DNA from: a phage
Sequence record: PZ445551.1
DNA length: 64,000 nt
Strand: one strand, 5' to 3'
Both the position numbers and the translations under genes were made by a program. How positions within the stretch are numbered: the first letter of the stretch is position 1; every line of letters starts with the position of its first letter. The notes beneath the pieces are model-generated. The model was not told the DNA's origin and did not search any database. It was given only the letters and a program-made list of their open reading frames with translations. Below are positions 9,452 through 18,211 of this stretch, piece after piece.

Positions 9452-10579
9452 ATGAAATACACGATTTATGGTGATATTGTAAGTGTAAATAAAGATATGG
9501 GCGTGGAATCTAACTATCTTCCACCAGGATTCTATACTGTTAGTCGTGATCCCCTTGGCAATTATTTTTTAAGCCGTGGTAATCTGACAGGTGTACCGGA
9601 TGTTTTGTATGGTGAAACAGAAAAACGAGCAAATCACGTTATCCGTACATTCCATCGCCGGAGTGCACAAGGTAAAAACACAGGCTTGCTTCTGACAGGA
9701 ACTAAGGGCAGTGGTAAAACTATGTTAGCCAAACTCATTAGTCGTGACCTTGTAGAAGAAGGTATTCCAACTATTATGGTTACTCAAGCCTATAGTGATG
9801 CTAATTTCATTGAACTTATTAGCAAGATCACCGACAAAGCAGTGATTATTTTTGACGAGTTTGATAAAGTATATGAGAAGAAACAAGATCAAGAAGCACT
9901 TCTCACTTTGTTAGATGGTACTGGCAGTGGTAATAAACTGTTTATTCTGACTAAAAACAGTGGTTTTATCTCTGAATTCTTTTTAAATCGTCCTAGTCGT
10001 GTGTTTTATAATTTTAATTATGATAAAATCTCACTAGAAACTATGATTGACTATTTAGATAAAAACCTGGATAACAAAGCACACTTTGATAATTTCCAAA
10101 GACTTTGGGATGTAAGTTTAGAGTTGTCCTTTGATGTGATCCAAGGTATAGTAGAAGAACTTAATTTCTACCCTGATTTATCCTTTAAAGAATGTATCTC
10201 TATGATGGGCGTTTCTTTAGGTGGTGGTAATAAATGGGATATCAGCAGTGTTGTTATTAATGGGAAACTTCAGAAAGTTAGCTGGGTATCTAGTTGGCAT
10301 AACTTTACACCTGCAATCTTTTTAGGTGGCTCGTGCACACTAGACGTGTACTTGTCATCTCCAAGTGATGCAGACTCTAAAGAAGCCCTTGCTAATAGCT
10401 CTTACGTGGTTTTTGATGATGAAGGAGATGCTCGAATTCCATTGAATGCGACAAAAATGAAAGCAGATCTTATTACAGGCGGTAAAATCGTTGTGTTTAG
10501 TGATGATCCAGAAGATTCTTTCCGTATTGTTCTGGAACCAACTATCACCAATGGTGCAACTTTGGCAAGTGTGTTTTAA
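9452..10579 (+). CDS. AAA+ family ATPase
   Basis: Walker A GTKGSGKT, Walker B IIFDEFDK. Confidence 0.75.
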   Translation: MKYTIYGDIVSVNKDMGVESNYLPPGFYTVSRDPLGNYFLSRGNLTGVPDVLYGETEKRANHVIRTFHRRSAQGKNTGLLLTGTKGSGKTMLAKLISRDLVEEGIPTIMVTQAYSDANFIELISKITDKAVIIFDEFDKVYEKKQDQEALLTLLDGTGSGNKLFILTKNSGFISEFFLNRPSRVFYNFNYDKISLETMIDYLDKNLDNKAHFDNFQRLWDVSLELSFDVIQGIVEELNFYPDLSFKECISMMGVSLGGGNKWDISSVVINGKLQKVSWVSSWHNFTPAIFLGGSCTLDVYLSSPSDADSKEALANSSYVVFDDEGDARIPLNATKMKADLITGGKIVVFSDDPEDSFRIVLEPTITNGATLASVF

Positions 10580-10595
10580 GTAAGCCAGCAAATAA

Positions 10596-10618
10596 AAACC
10601 CGCTCCGGCGGGTTTTCT
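10596..10618 (+). terminator. rho-independent terminator
   Basis: Hairpin ACCCGCTCCGGCGGGT followed by TTTTCTTG. Confidence 0.6.
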
Positions 10619-10653
10619 TGTATTGATACCAGATTTAATAAGAGGAGTAATAG

Positions 10654-11826
10654 ATGACAGCACCAAAATCATGGGAACAATATAAAGAAGAATTAACACC
10701 CCTTGCTAAAAATCACAATATTCAAATCCTGGGTTATGTTGGTGAATGGAAAGGGAACAAGACTAAACTTAAGCTATCTTGCCCTAAACATGGAGAGTGG
10801 AACACCACGAACATTAATGATTTTAAGAAGGGACGTGGTTGTCCTATCTGTTCTGGTAAGAAGCCGTTAACATGGGAAACAGAATTGCCGATCTTGGAAG
10901 AGATAGCACAGAAGAGGGGGTATCAGGTGTTAGGGTACGTGGGAGAATGGAAAGGGAATAAAACAAAACTTGATTTGTTGTGTCATTGTGGTAATAAATG
11001 GGATACTACAAGTATTAACAATTTTAAACGTGGTAGCGGTTGTCCACAATGTAAGAGGGAGAGACAAACAATGTCCGACGATCAACATATTGCAGATTTC
11101 TTTTCTACAGGGGAATTTAAGGAAGGCACTATCTTCACCAATACAGGGAAACGTAACAAGCGTGATGCAGTATGGATGGTTGAGTGTCCTGTTTGCTCCC
11201 ATGATGAATATGTTCAAGCAGGTGTTTGTGATGGTAAATTTTACTCTGCAGGACATAACCTTAAACAAGGGTATATTCCGTGTCGTTGTGGGAACTATCA
11301 GTATACAGAAGACCAGATCACCTATAGGGTAAAAAAGGAAGTAGAAGGGAAAGGGTATGTCTGGGTAGATTGGATTACCAAACCCTCTTCTATAGGTAAG
11401 TTTAAATATCTTTGTCTTGTGCATGGTGAGCAGATAGGGAGTGCTCGTAATTTATTAAGCCTCGGTCAAGGTTGTCCACAGTGTGCTGGTCATAATCAAC
11501 AGCAATTATATATTAATATTGTTAAAGATAATGATATTATAGTTGCCCTTAAGTTTGGTATATCTAAAGATAGCGATAGACGATTAAACGGTCAAAATAG
11601 CCGTAATCTGTTTTTTATGGAGCGTATTTGTTTATATGATTTTAGCACAGTGAAACAATGTAGGGCTGCTGAAAGAGCTATAAAGAAAAAATTAAAAACT
11701 GGTATTTTAACGGCAAGAGAGTTGAAAGATGGTTATACAGAAACAGTAAGTGTTTCTGATTTGGAAAATCTTCAAAAAATTATTACACAATATGGTGGCA
11801 AATTAGTATACAGTAAGGAGATGTAA
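10654..11826 (+). CDS. zinc-ribbon repeat protein with C-terminal T5orf172/GIY-YIG-like domain (putative nuclease)
   Basis: Four repeats of a CxxC/H..GCPxC unit (e.g. GCPICSGKK, GCPQCKRER, GCPQCAGHN); C-terminus LYINIVKDNDIIVALKFGISKDSDRRL resembles T5orf172 as recalled. Confidence 0.55.
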   Translation: MTAPKSWEQYKEELTPLAKNHNIQILGYVGEWKGNKTKLKLSCPKHGEWNTTNINDFKKGRGCPICSGKKPLTWETELPILEEIAQKRGYQVLGYVGEWKGNKTKLDLLCHCGNKWDTTSINNFKRGSGCPQCKRERQTMSDDQHIADFFSTGEFKEGTIFTNTGKRNKRDAVWMVECPVCSHDEYVQAGVCDGKFYSAGHNLKQGYIPCRCGNYQYTEDQITYRVKKEVEGKGYVWVDWITKPSSIGKFKYLCLVHGEQIGSARNLLSLGQGCPQCAGHNQQQLYINIVKDNDIIVALKFGISKDSDRRLNGQNSRNLFFMERICLYDFSTVKQCRAAERAIKKKLKTGILTARELKDGYTETVSVSDLENLQKIITQYGGKLVYSKEM

Positions 11827-12378
11827 ATGCGGATTACTGATAAGTATGTGTTCTTCTTCTCGGCAAAAGATGAATTTAGCAACTGGTATCTATCATCTTT
11901 TATTGAACCTTTAGCTCCCAAGTATAATAATTCTATTACAAGTTCTGTTGAATTTACTTGTGTGGAACAATATATGATGTGGAGAAAAGCATGTTTGTTT
12001 TATGATTACAACATTGCATCTTCTATTTTAACCGGAGATCTAAGATATACAGGAGAAAAAGAACAAGCATATTATAAGCGACTAGGCAGATTAGTTAAAG
12101 ATTATGATGAAGATACCTGGACTTCTTTACGGGAGAAGATTGTCAAACGTGGTTTGTATCTTAAATACACACAAAATGAAGATCTCAAAAATAAACTTAT
12201 AGCCTACGCAGATAAGGAGTTCGTAGAGGCAAGCCCTTATGATTCTATTTATGGTATCAAAATGGGGATGTGGGATCGGGACGTGGAAAATAAGGATTGT
12301 TGGAAAGGACAAAATCTTTTAGGAAAATGGCATACAGACCTTGCTGTTTATCTAAAAGCACAATCTGATATTTCCTGA
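11827..12378 (+). CDS. NADAR (YbiA-like) domain protein
   Basis: DEFSNWYLSSF, FTCVEQYMMWRKA, and C-terminal D..WG....NLLGK match NADAR signature regions. Confidence 0.75.
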   Translation: MRITDKYVFFFSAKDEFSNWYLSSFIEPLAPKYNNSITSSVEFTCVEQYMMWRKACLFYDYNIASSILTGDLRYTGEKEQAYYKRLGRLVKDYDEDTWTSLREKIVKRGLYLKYTQNEDLKNKLIAYADKEFVEASPYDSIYGIKMGMWDRDVENKDCWKGQNLLGKWHTDLAVYLKAQSDIS

Positions 12379-12595
12379 TATTTTGAAAATTTTTATTTTT
12401 ATAAAAAGGGGTGTGGGTTTCATGTACGGAAATTCACCCTCTGCACAGTATATCCAGAGTAAGTAGTATTCTATACCCTGTTAATAAAGTATTTAATTTG
12501 TTTGTTGGACTATGGTATCTGATCTTTAAAAGGCATACTATCTCTTAACTACTACTTATAACAGAACAGTAAAATCATTTTTATAAAAAGTACAA

Positions 12596-12795
12596 AATTA
12601 TTTAAAGTTTTTACAGATTTTTGGGTACAAATTTTGAAAATGAAAAGTTCAAGTTTGGTCAAAATTATTTAAAGTTTTTGTACGTATTTCTATTCAGATT
12701 TTGAAAATGAAAACTTCAATTTTTTAAAAATTCCCCAGTTTATTTAAAGTTTTTTTGCCTTTTTCCGTAGAAAAATCAAAAATGAAAAGTTCAAT
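12596..12795. repeat. three tandem direct repeats of about 65 bp
   Basis: Each unit has TATTTAAAGTTTTT, a variable segment, then TTTTGAAAATGAAAAGTTCAA. Confidence 0.7.
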
Positions 12796-12816
12796 TTCGT
12801 GTTTTTATAGGTGTGT

Positions 12817-12930
12817 TAATGAGAATCATTTTCGTTTGTAAATGAGAATCATTATCATTTAACTATGTAAGTGATAATCATTCTCAGTAAGAGAATGAGA
12901 ATCCTTAGCAAATGAGAATTTTCTCATTTA
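12817..12930. promoter_or_regulatory. cluster of five Fur-box-like palindromic sites
   Basis: AATGAGAATCATTATCATT, GTGATAATCATTCTC, AATGAGAATTTTCTCATT and related; near-matches to GATAATGATAATCATTATC. Confidence 0.45.
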
Positions 12931-13044
12931 GAGAATAACGCGCAGGGGTGGTGTTTGTCTCGCGCTCCCGTGTCCCCTCGCCATACAATAAGAATAGCAT
13001 AACCAACAACAAAAGCAAGCGATTATTTTTATCTTTACATTTCT

Positions 13045-13458
13045 TTACAAATTTATTTTAGACGAGCTACCGGCGATCAACCTTCCAACCAGTGCCCCCT
13101 GGTATGTTAGCCCCGCCTTTACGCCGTGGGGGTGGCGCTTCCTCTTCTGTATGTAAAACAGTATAAGCCCGATCCCTGGGCTTGTCAAGATTATTTTTTG
13201 TTTTCTTGCCAGGATAGGACACCTAACCAAAAATACATGTCGCCCCGCGCCCCCTGGTGGGATCTTGCTTTCCCCGCCGCCACTGCAAGCCCATAGATAA
13301 CCATTTGCGAACGTATCAAAATGATCTATTTCTTCCACCTTATGATCGCCCAGGTTGAGAACGGTTTCAACCTTTAAGCCCGTTGCGCTTGCTACCTGGT
13401 GCACCGTGCCGCCTTGCCAGCCTAATGAGTGCATGAGGTGTGAAGTAGTATTTGTCAT
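13045..13458 (-). CDS. hypothetical protein on opposite strand in GC-rich island (137 aa)
   Basis: Only long ORF in the island; minus-strand TTGCTA-N17-TATTAT promoter-like element upstream; could be a chance ORF. Confidence 0.4.
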   Translation of the reverse strand: MTNTTSHLMHSLGWQGGTVHQVASATGLKVETVLNLGDHKVEEIDHFDTFANGYLWACSGGGESKIPPGGAGRHVFLVRCPILARKQKIILTSPGIGLILFYIQKRKRHPHGVKAGLTYQGALVGRLIAGSSSKINL

Positions 13459-13725
13459 GGTATCGCCCTTTCTTTGATGTGTGCCCTGGTTGGCGCGGTA
13501 GAAAGATAATAGCCCTTTCCTTTATAGATAGCAAGCAAAAAAGAAATGAAAAAAAGATTAAAAAAGGGGTTGACGTTCCTCACCTGGTAGCGTATTATTC
13601 ATCTTGTCGAGGGGGGCGAGGCACAACGACAATAAACAAAAGGAGGGCGCAATGTAGGACGGGCAAAGGTGAGGATCTCCACAATCCACCGTCACAATAA
13701 CATTACTTATAAAAGGTTGATAACG

Positions 13726-13821
13726 ATGATCAAGAAAGAAAACAGCTTGACGGTTGGAACGATTAACGCTATCATTTTCGCCGTTCCATTTTGGGTTGTA
13801 GTAGCGGTTATTATCTTTTAA
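13726..13821 (+). CDS. small hydrophobic peptide (about 31 aa)
   Basis: Not in ORF track; downstream of TTGACG-N17-TATTAT promoter-like element; weak. Confidence 0.25.
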   Translation: MIKKENSLTVGTINAIIFAVPFWVVVAVIIF

Positions 13822-13829
13822 AAATATTC

Positions 13830-13887
13830 TTGACAACGTTTTTTAATCTGATAAGATGTATCACATAGGGCGGCAATAGTGCCGCTC
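13830..13887 (+). promoter_or_regulatory. promoter + 5' stem-loop cassette
   Basis: TTGACA, 16 nt, TAAGAT; hairpin GGGCGGCAATAGTGCCGCTC begins a few nt after -10. Confidence 0.6.
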
Positions 13888-13909
13888 ATAACAGAAGAGA
13901 GAAATAATC

Positions 13910-14182
13910 ATGGCATCATATAGCGCATCAATGATCGTAACGGGCATCACTGGTAAACCTATGCGCGGTGGCGGATCTTTCGCTAACATCAATATTGATG
14001 GGCGTTTATCCCTGGACGCAGCGATCACAGTGGCACGGGAAACGTTTAAAAAAGAATGTAATTTCAATAAACAAGATTATCTCGGTTTCGCTATTGAAAA
14101 AACCGCGCGCTTTGTTGATTATAAAAGCCCGAAAATGGTTGATACTACACTAAAAGCGCAAGATGTAGCATTTTTGCTTTAA
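13910..14182 (+). CDS. hypothetical protein (90 aa)
   Basis: ORF after promoter/stem-loop cassette and SD. Confidence 0.55.
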   Translation: MASYSASMIVTGITGKPMRGGGSFANINIDGRLSLDAAITVARETFKKECNFNKQDYLGFAIEKTARFVDYKSPKMVDTTLKAQDVAFLL

Positions 14183-14185
14183 GGC

Positions 14186-14245
14186 TTGACACTGAAAAAT
14201 AATTTGGTAATATATACTACATAGGGCGGGGAAATGGTTTCCCGC
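14186..14245 (+). promoter_or_regulatory. promoter + 5' stem-loop cassette
   Basis: TTGACA, 16 nt, TAATAT; hairpin GGCGGGGAAATGGTTTCCCGCC. Confidence 0.6.
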
Positions 14246-14268
14246 CAAATCAAAGAAAGGGTAACACA

Positions 14269-14631
14269 ATGAGCAAGCAAATCAATACTATCATGTTAAA
14301 CCTGGTATCTTTCCGCGATGACGTGAAAAATCTTTCGCGTGATGCAGTGGATGCACGGATCGAAAGCTATCGCTCACAGATCGCAACATTACCGCTAAAA
14401 CGTGATCAACATGCCGCTAATATGATGCTTAATGCTATGCTTAAAAAGATGATTCAATGTGATCTTACCCTGGCTTATGAATATGCTGGCGATCTCTTTG
14501 TAACATACAATAAGCCCGTTCCAGGTATGAGCACAACCGAAGAATTGCATGCCTTAAATCTGCGACAAGATGCATGGGATAATATGCGCCGCGTTATGGT
14601 ATGGGTAGAAAGCGGCAAAATTTACGCATAA
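14269..14631 (+). CDS. hypothetical protein (120 aa)
   Basis: ORF after promoter/stem-loop cassette. Confidence 0.55.
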   Translation: MSKQINTIMLNLVSFRDDVKNLSRDAVDARIESYRSQIATLPLKRDQHAANMMLNAMLKKMIQCDLTLAYEYAGDLFVTYNKPVPGMSTTEELHALNLRQDAWDNMRRVMVWVESGKIYA

Positions 14632-14635
14632 AGGC

Positions 14636-14689
14636 TTTACATTACACGAAAACCTGATAAGCTATCTTAAAGCGGGAATAGTTCCCGCT
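14636..14689 (+). promoter_or_regulatory. promoter-like element + 5' stem-loop
   Basis: TTTACA with weak -10; hairpin GCGGGAATAGTTCCCGC. Confidence 0.4.
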
Positions 14690-14707
14690 TTCATAGGATA
14701 AAACTTT

Positions 14708-14854
14708 ATGAAACAATATGTAATGAGTATTCACACCAAAAACGGCGCTACTGTTACGACTCCGGCACGGTTTGCACTTGTAAACCGTTGCAAGAGACTA
14801 AAACGAGAGTTAAAAAATAACCGTGCAACGGGCTTTAAACGCTGGGGAGGATAA
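14708..14854 (+). CDS. small basic protein (about 48 aa)
   Basis: Not in ORF track; ATG after stem-loop; approximate coordinates. Confidence 0.4.
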   Translation: MKQYVMSIHTKNGATVTTPARFALVNRCKRLKRELKNNRATGFKRWGG

Positions 14855-14856
14855 TC

Positions 14857-15117
14857 TTGTTTTTTCTAAAAGTTTTTGATAATGTGATCGCTTTTGAACA
14901 TGCTACAACGTTCGACCTAGCGAGATACGCTATCAGGTTTAAAGATAATGTTTATCCCCGTGCTGGAGGCGGTTACACTATTTTTAATCATCGTAACGCT
15001 CAATTAACGGATATAACTAATCCAGATCCTGGAGTGTATCGCATAGGCTGGCTACCGTCAAAAGACGCGGCAAGCATGTTTAAGGTGTGTAAACTACTAA
15101 CAGAAGAGGCAAATTAG
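14857..15117 (+). CDS. hypothetical protein (86 aa), probable TTG start
   Basis: SD GGGGAGGA 7 nt upstream of TTG; no in-frame ATG near start. Confidence 0.45.
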   Translation: MFFLKVFDNVIAFEHATTFDLARYAIRFKDNVYPRAGGGYTIFNHRNAQLTDITNPDPGVYRIGWLPSKDAASMFKVCKLLTEEAN

Positions 15118-15118
15118 C

Positions 15119-15664
15119 ATGGGGCGTGAGTATGTGATCCAGTCCTGGGTAAAGCATGACGCTAATGATCCGCGCATAATACCAGATGACATGATCGATC
15201 ACATGGTAGGGTATAGCGGGGAGCAGATAGGAAATCGAGCGGCAAAGAGCAACGGCAACACAAAGGCGCGATCCGTTCGCCCTGGTTGGCTGGCAAATGG
15301 TAACGCTGACATTGCAAGCGCCGCAGATCCAAGCGATGACGCTAAAAATAATCCCTTATACAGCATTGATCCGGCTTTTAAGGTGTTAGAAGAGTATCCC
15401 GCTAAATTAGCCGCACTAGATAAGGCATACGAAGAAAAGCGCATGGCATGGACGGTATACAACACCGCTAAAATGGTGCTAGATGCAAAATTGATTAAAG
15501 CCCAGGAGAAGATCAATAAACTTGTTGCAGTAGCGCAAGAGGAAGACCAGGAGGAAGAGGAAGAAATCATGCCTACCCTGGAAGAGGAAGAGATCCAGCC
15601 ATACATGCCGACGGAAGAGGAAAAAAGACAAGCCCTAAAAAATTATGAAAATTGCATTGTGTAA
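15119..15664 (+). CDS. hypothetical protein with highly acidic C-terminus (181 aa)
   Basis: C-terminal QEEDQEEEEEIMPTLEEEEIQPYMPTEEE tract. Confidence 0.55.
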   Translation: MGREYVIQSWVKHDANDPRIIPDDMIDHMVGYSGEQIGNRAAKSNGNTKARSVRPGWLANGNADIASAADPSDDAKNNPLYSIDPAFKVLEEYPAKLAALDKAYEEKRMAWTVYNTAKMVLDAKLIKAQEKINKLVAVAQEEDQEEEEEIMPTLEEEEIQPYMPTEEEKRQALKNYENCIV

Positions 15665-15667
15665 GGC

Positions 15668-15725
15668 TTGACATATGCAAACAAGCCCCGTAATATGTAC
15701 CACATAAAGCGGGGCAACGCCCCAT
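15668..15725 (+). promoter_or_regulatory. promoter + 5' stem-loop cassette
   Basis: TTGACA, 17 nt, TAATAT; hairpin GGGGCAACGCCCC. Confidence 0.55.
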
Positions 15726-15745
15726 AAGGTGAAATAAAAAATCAC

Positions 15746-15773
15746 TTGACACCTGAAATCAGTAAGCTATAAT
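15746..15773 (+). promoter_or_regulatory. second tandem sigma70-like promoter
   Basis: TTGACA, 16 nt, TATAAT directly upstream of small ORF at 15811. Confidence 0.5.
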
Positions 15774-15810
15774 GCTTATATAGATTGAAACATTACTAAG
15801 GAATAAAAGC

Positions 15811-15990
15811 ATGGCTATTATTGCAAAAACTGAGATCGTAGGTTTAGATTCTATCATCCTGGCATATGAGGAAGCTATAGAAATGTATGTAGTGACCTAT
15901 GGTGATTATGTGCGTGAATACGAATACATTGATCTTGCTTTCGAATGTTACATTCGCCAGGTCAATAAAGCCTATGATGATTATCGTTAA
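15811..15990 (+). CDS. small acidic protein (about 59 aa)
   Basis: Not in ORF track; ATG after SD AAGGAATAAAAGC. Confidence 0.4.
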   Translation: MAIIAKTEIVGLDSIILAYEEAIEMYVVTYGDYVREYEYIDLAFECYIRQVNKAYDDYR

Positions 15991-16085
15991 AAGTTTTAGT
16001 CTTGTGCTATTGACAACGAACGATAGTACAAGCATAATAACTTTTATCGGGAATACTCCTAACTAATCAAAAGAGATTAAAGACT

Positions 16086-16451
16086 ATGGCTAAAAATATC
16101 AATGTTTCTGCTTATGCTACCCTGGCTAACACTGCTAAAATTGAACTATCCAGCATTGAAGCGGTACATATTAGCGCCCGTCGCTGGTTTCAAAAGTCTT
16201 ATGGTAATACTTATTTCTCTTTGATGGTTGACGTTGAGATCGGCGGTAAACTGATTGAAGTCGTTAACGTTCCGTTTCACTATGGCTACGGGGATCATTT
16301 TGATACCGTTGCCCTAGAAGAGTTTAGCAAGGTTGTCAACCTGGAAGGTAAAGAGTTTTCAAATTATGCCTACCTTTCCCGTTTTTGCCGTGATAATGGG
16401 ATCGCTGTATACAGTCATGCAAGCGATGTTAAACGTAAAAAAGATTTATAA
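16086..16451 (+). CDS. hypothetical protein (121 aa)
   Basis: ORF with SD AAAGAGATTAAAGACT. Confidence 0.55.
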   Translation: MAKNINVSAYATLANTAKIELSSIEAVHISARRWFQKSYGNTYFSLMVDVEIGGKLIEVVNVPFHYGYGDHFDTVALEEFSKVVNLEGKEFSNYAYLSRFCRDNGIAVYSHASDVKRKKDL

Positions 16452-16457
16452 AAAGCA

Positions 16458-16516
16458 TTGACAGCACGAATAAAAAGCATATAATACTTATATCGAGAGC
16501 GGGAATAGTTCCCGCC
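16458..16516 (+). promoter_or_regulatory. promoter + 5' stem-loop cassette
   Basis: TTGACA, 16 nt, TATAAT; hairpin GCGGGAATAGTTCCCGC. Confidence 0.6.
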
Positions 16517-16540
16517 TCACTGAAAAAAGAGATTAACATC

Positions 16541-16780
16541 ATGGCTAAATCTAAAATGTTCTTAGGTCACAAAAACAAAACTCATTGGAATGTAAGCCTT
16601 TGGATCAACAACGATGAAGGTTTTTATAATCTTGCGCGTGAATTTATCGCAGCTAACACCAATAAGAATGACGCAGCGCGTGATATGATGTTATTTCTTG
16701 AAAGTATGGATCAAGATAAAACGCCAGACGGTTACAAGTTCAGTAAAACTGCGATCCGCGCCGCGATGGTTGGAATGTAA
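16541..16780 (+). CDS. hypothetical protein (79 aa)
   Basis: ORF after promoter/stem-loop cassette. Confidence 0.55.
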   Translation: MAKSKMFLGHKNKTHWNVSLWINNDEGFYNLAREFIAANTNKNDAARDMMLFLESMDQDKTPDGYKFSKTAIRAAMVGM

Positions 16781-16873
16781 AGGAGACATAAAAATGAAAC
16801 ATCGTTCGACCTATCTCACAAAACGTTTTAGCTTAGATCATAAATTGGGCTATTACGGAAGAAATAGAAAATA

Positions 16874-16934
16874 ATTTGACACTGTTTAAAATTCTGGTAT
16901 AGTTTATCACATAGGGCGGGAAATGGTTTCCCGC
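16874..16934 (+). promoter_or_regulatory. promoter + 5' stem-loop cassette
   Basis: TTGACA, 16 nt, TATAGT; hairpin GGCGGGAAATGGTTTCCCGCC. Confidence 0.6.
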
Positions 16935-16957
16935 CAAATGAAAGAAAGGTTATCATT

Positions 16958-17185
16958 ATGGCTATCGTTATTGTTCGCGTATCCGGCACGGTTGGAATCT
17001 CCCAGGTAGTAGCAGTTATCACCGAGAAGAAAGGGGATGATCTTCACTCTTCCTTGAATAGCTGGGCGGTCGCTAACTTCGGGCAATGGTCGAGCGTTGA
17101 GTACATCGAATCCTACCAGGTGCCAACGATTAGCCTAACCGATCTAAATGTTGATCGCTTGTTGTGCCTGGATCAATTAAACTAA
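16958..17185 (+). CDS. hypothetical protein (75 aa)
   Basis: ORF after promoter/stem-loop cassette. Confidence 0.55.
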   Translation: MAIVIVRVSGTVGISQVVAVITEKKGDDLHSSLNSWAVANFGQWSSVEYIESYQVPTISLTDLNVDRLLCLDQLN

Positions 17186-17192
17186 AAATAAT

Positions 17193-17251
17193 ATTGACAA
17201 GATAACTAAAATCAGTAAAATGTAATGCATAGGGCGGCAATAGTGCCGCTC
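17193..17251 (+). promoter_or_regulatory. promoter + 5' stem-loop cassette
   Basis: TTGACA, 16 nt, TAAAAT; hairpin GGGCGGCAATAGTGCCGCTC. Confidence 0.6.
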
Positions 17252-17272
17252 CTAGTGAGAGAGATTATCAAG

Positions 17273-17488
17273 ATGGCTAATATCCGCACACTGTTAAAAA
17301 ATGCAAGTCAAGTTTTATTTTCAGATGACGAGTATTTCAACAAAGACATTACAGGCGTGAAAAATTTAAAAGACGTGAAGGATGTTATCGGTATTCGTGG
17401 ATCTTTACGTAAAGGTGACATATACGGTAACAAGGTGCAATATAAACTGTCAAAAGATTATGATTTTACTTTGACATTTATTTCATAA
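17273..17488 (+). CDS. hypothetical protein (71 aa)
   Basis: Start refined to MANIRTLL downstream of stem-loop. Confidence 0.5.
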   Translation: MANIRTLLKNASQVLFSDDEYFNKDITGVKNLKDVKDVIGIRGSLRKGDIYGNKVQYKLSKDYDFTLTFIS

Positions 17489-17493
17489 AACCG

Positions 17494-17555
17494 CTTGCAA
17501 TACTACAAAAATAAAGTAAACTGTATTCATCAAGGCGGTGGAATAGCCCACCGCC
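17494..17555 (+). promoter_or_regulatory. promoter-like element + 5' stem-loop
   Basis: TTGCAA, 17 nt, TAAACT; hairpin GGCGGTGG..CCACCGCC. Confidence 0.45.
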
Positions 17556-17579
17556 TAACAAAGAGAAGAGGAAAACATC

Positions 17580-17750
17580 ATGATCACTTTTGCTACCCGT
17601 GAAGCCGCTCGCAACGTTGCACGTAAAGTTAACGCCGCCAACCTGGGCGCTACGCTTAAAGCCCCGGTAAAAGATGAATCAGGGAAATGGATCTTCCCTG
17701 GTCTGCGTCACGCTGATAAGCTGGGAACATTAACGTTAAAAAATAAATAA
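17580..17750 (+). CDS. small basic protein (about 56 aa)
   Basis: Not in ORF track; ATG after SD GAGAAGAGGAAAAC. Confidence 0.4.
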   Translation: MITFATREAARNVARKVNAANLGATLKAPVKDESGKWIFPGLRHADKLGTLTLKNK

Positions 17751-17756
17751 TATCCG

Positions 17757-17816
17757 CTTGACAGTAGCATGATTTATAAGTAAAGTAACAACAACGGCGG
17801 GAAATGGTTTCCCGCC
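17757..17816 (+). promoter_or_regulatory. promoter + 5' stem-loop cassette
   Basis: TTGACA with TAAAGT-like -10; hairpin GGCGGGAAATGGTTTCCCGCC. Confidence 0.55.
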
Positions 17817-17836
17817 ATCAATAAAGAGATAAGATT

Positions 17837-18196
17837 ATGAAATCAGTAAAAGCAATTAAAACTTACATTTTGTCGGCTATTTCTTTTGATGGTACTACAA
17901 CCGAAAAAGAAAAAATCACCGAACTGATGCGCCGTTTTAACTCTGAATACTGGTATCCCGATAATCAAAAACGTTACAATTATAACGTGATTAAGGCGAT
18001 AGCCTCATGGTTACAAGGTTTACCGTCAGAAATCAATATTGCTTTTGATTATAACGAGATCGATCACTTGTTAATTGAATGGAAGTACATAAAAGAAACA
18101 AGCAAAGAAACAACCGTTACCCGTGAGCGGGAAAATTATTGGTTATATATTGCAAGCATGATCGTAATCCTGGCAAAACAGCATAACGTGGCGTAA
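17837..18196 (+). CDS. hypothetical protein (119 aa)
   Basis: ORF after promoter/stem-loop cassette. Confidence 0.55.
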   Translation: MKSVKAIKTYILSAISFDGTTTEKEKITELMRRFNSEYWYPDNQKRYNYNVIKAIASWLQGLPSEINIAFDYNEIDHLLIEWKYIKETSKETTVTRERENYWLYIASMIVILAKQHNVA

Positions 18197-18211
18197 TTAA
18201 GAGGAAGAAAC

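Noticed and set aside
10355-11424. Minus-strand ORFs (10355-10699, 10930-11424) overlapping the AAA ATPase and zinc-ribbon genes
   Set aside because: Antisense to motif-supported plus-strand genes in a uniformly rightward block; no regulatory signals.
12596-12795. Tandem direct repeats considered as a CRISPR array
   Set aside because: Units are about 65 bp, AT-rich, only three copies, with variable cores rather than 28-37 bp repeats separated by unique spacers; no cas genes.
15199-15606. 135-aa minus-strand ORF overlapping the acidic-tail gene
   Set aside because: Ser-rich, low-complexity translation mirroring the GAA/GAG-rich sense strand; antisense artefact.
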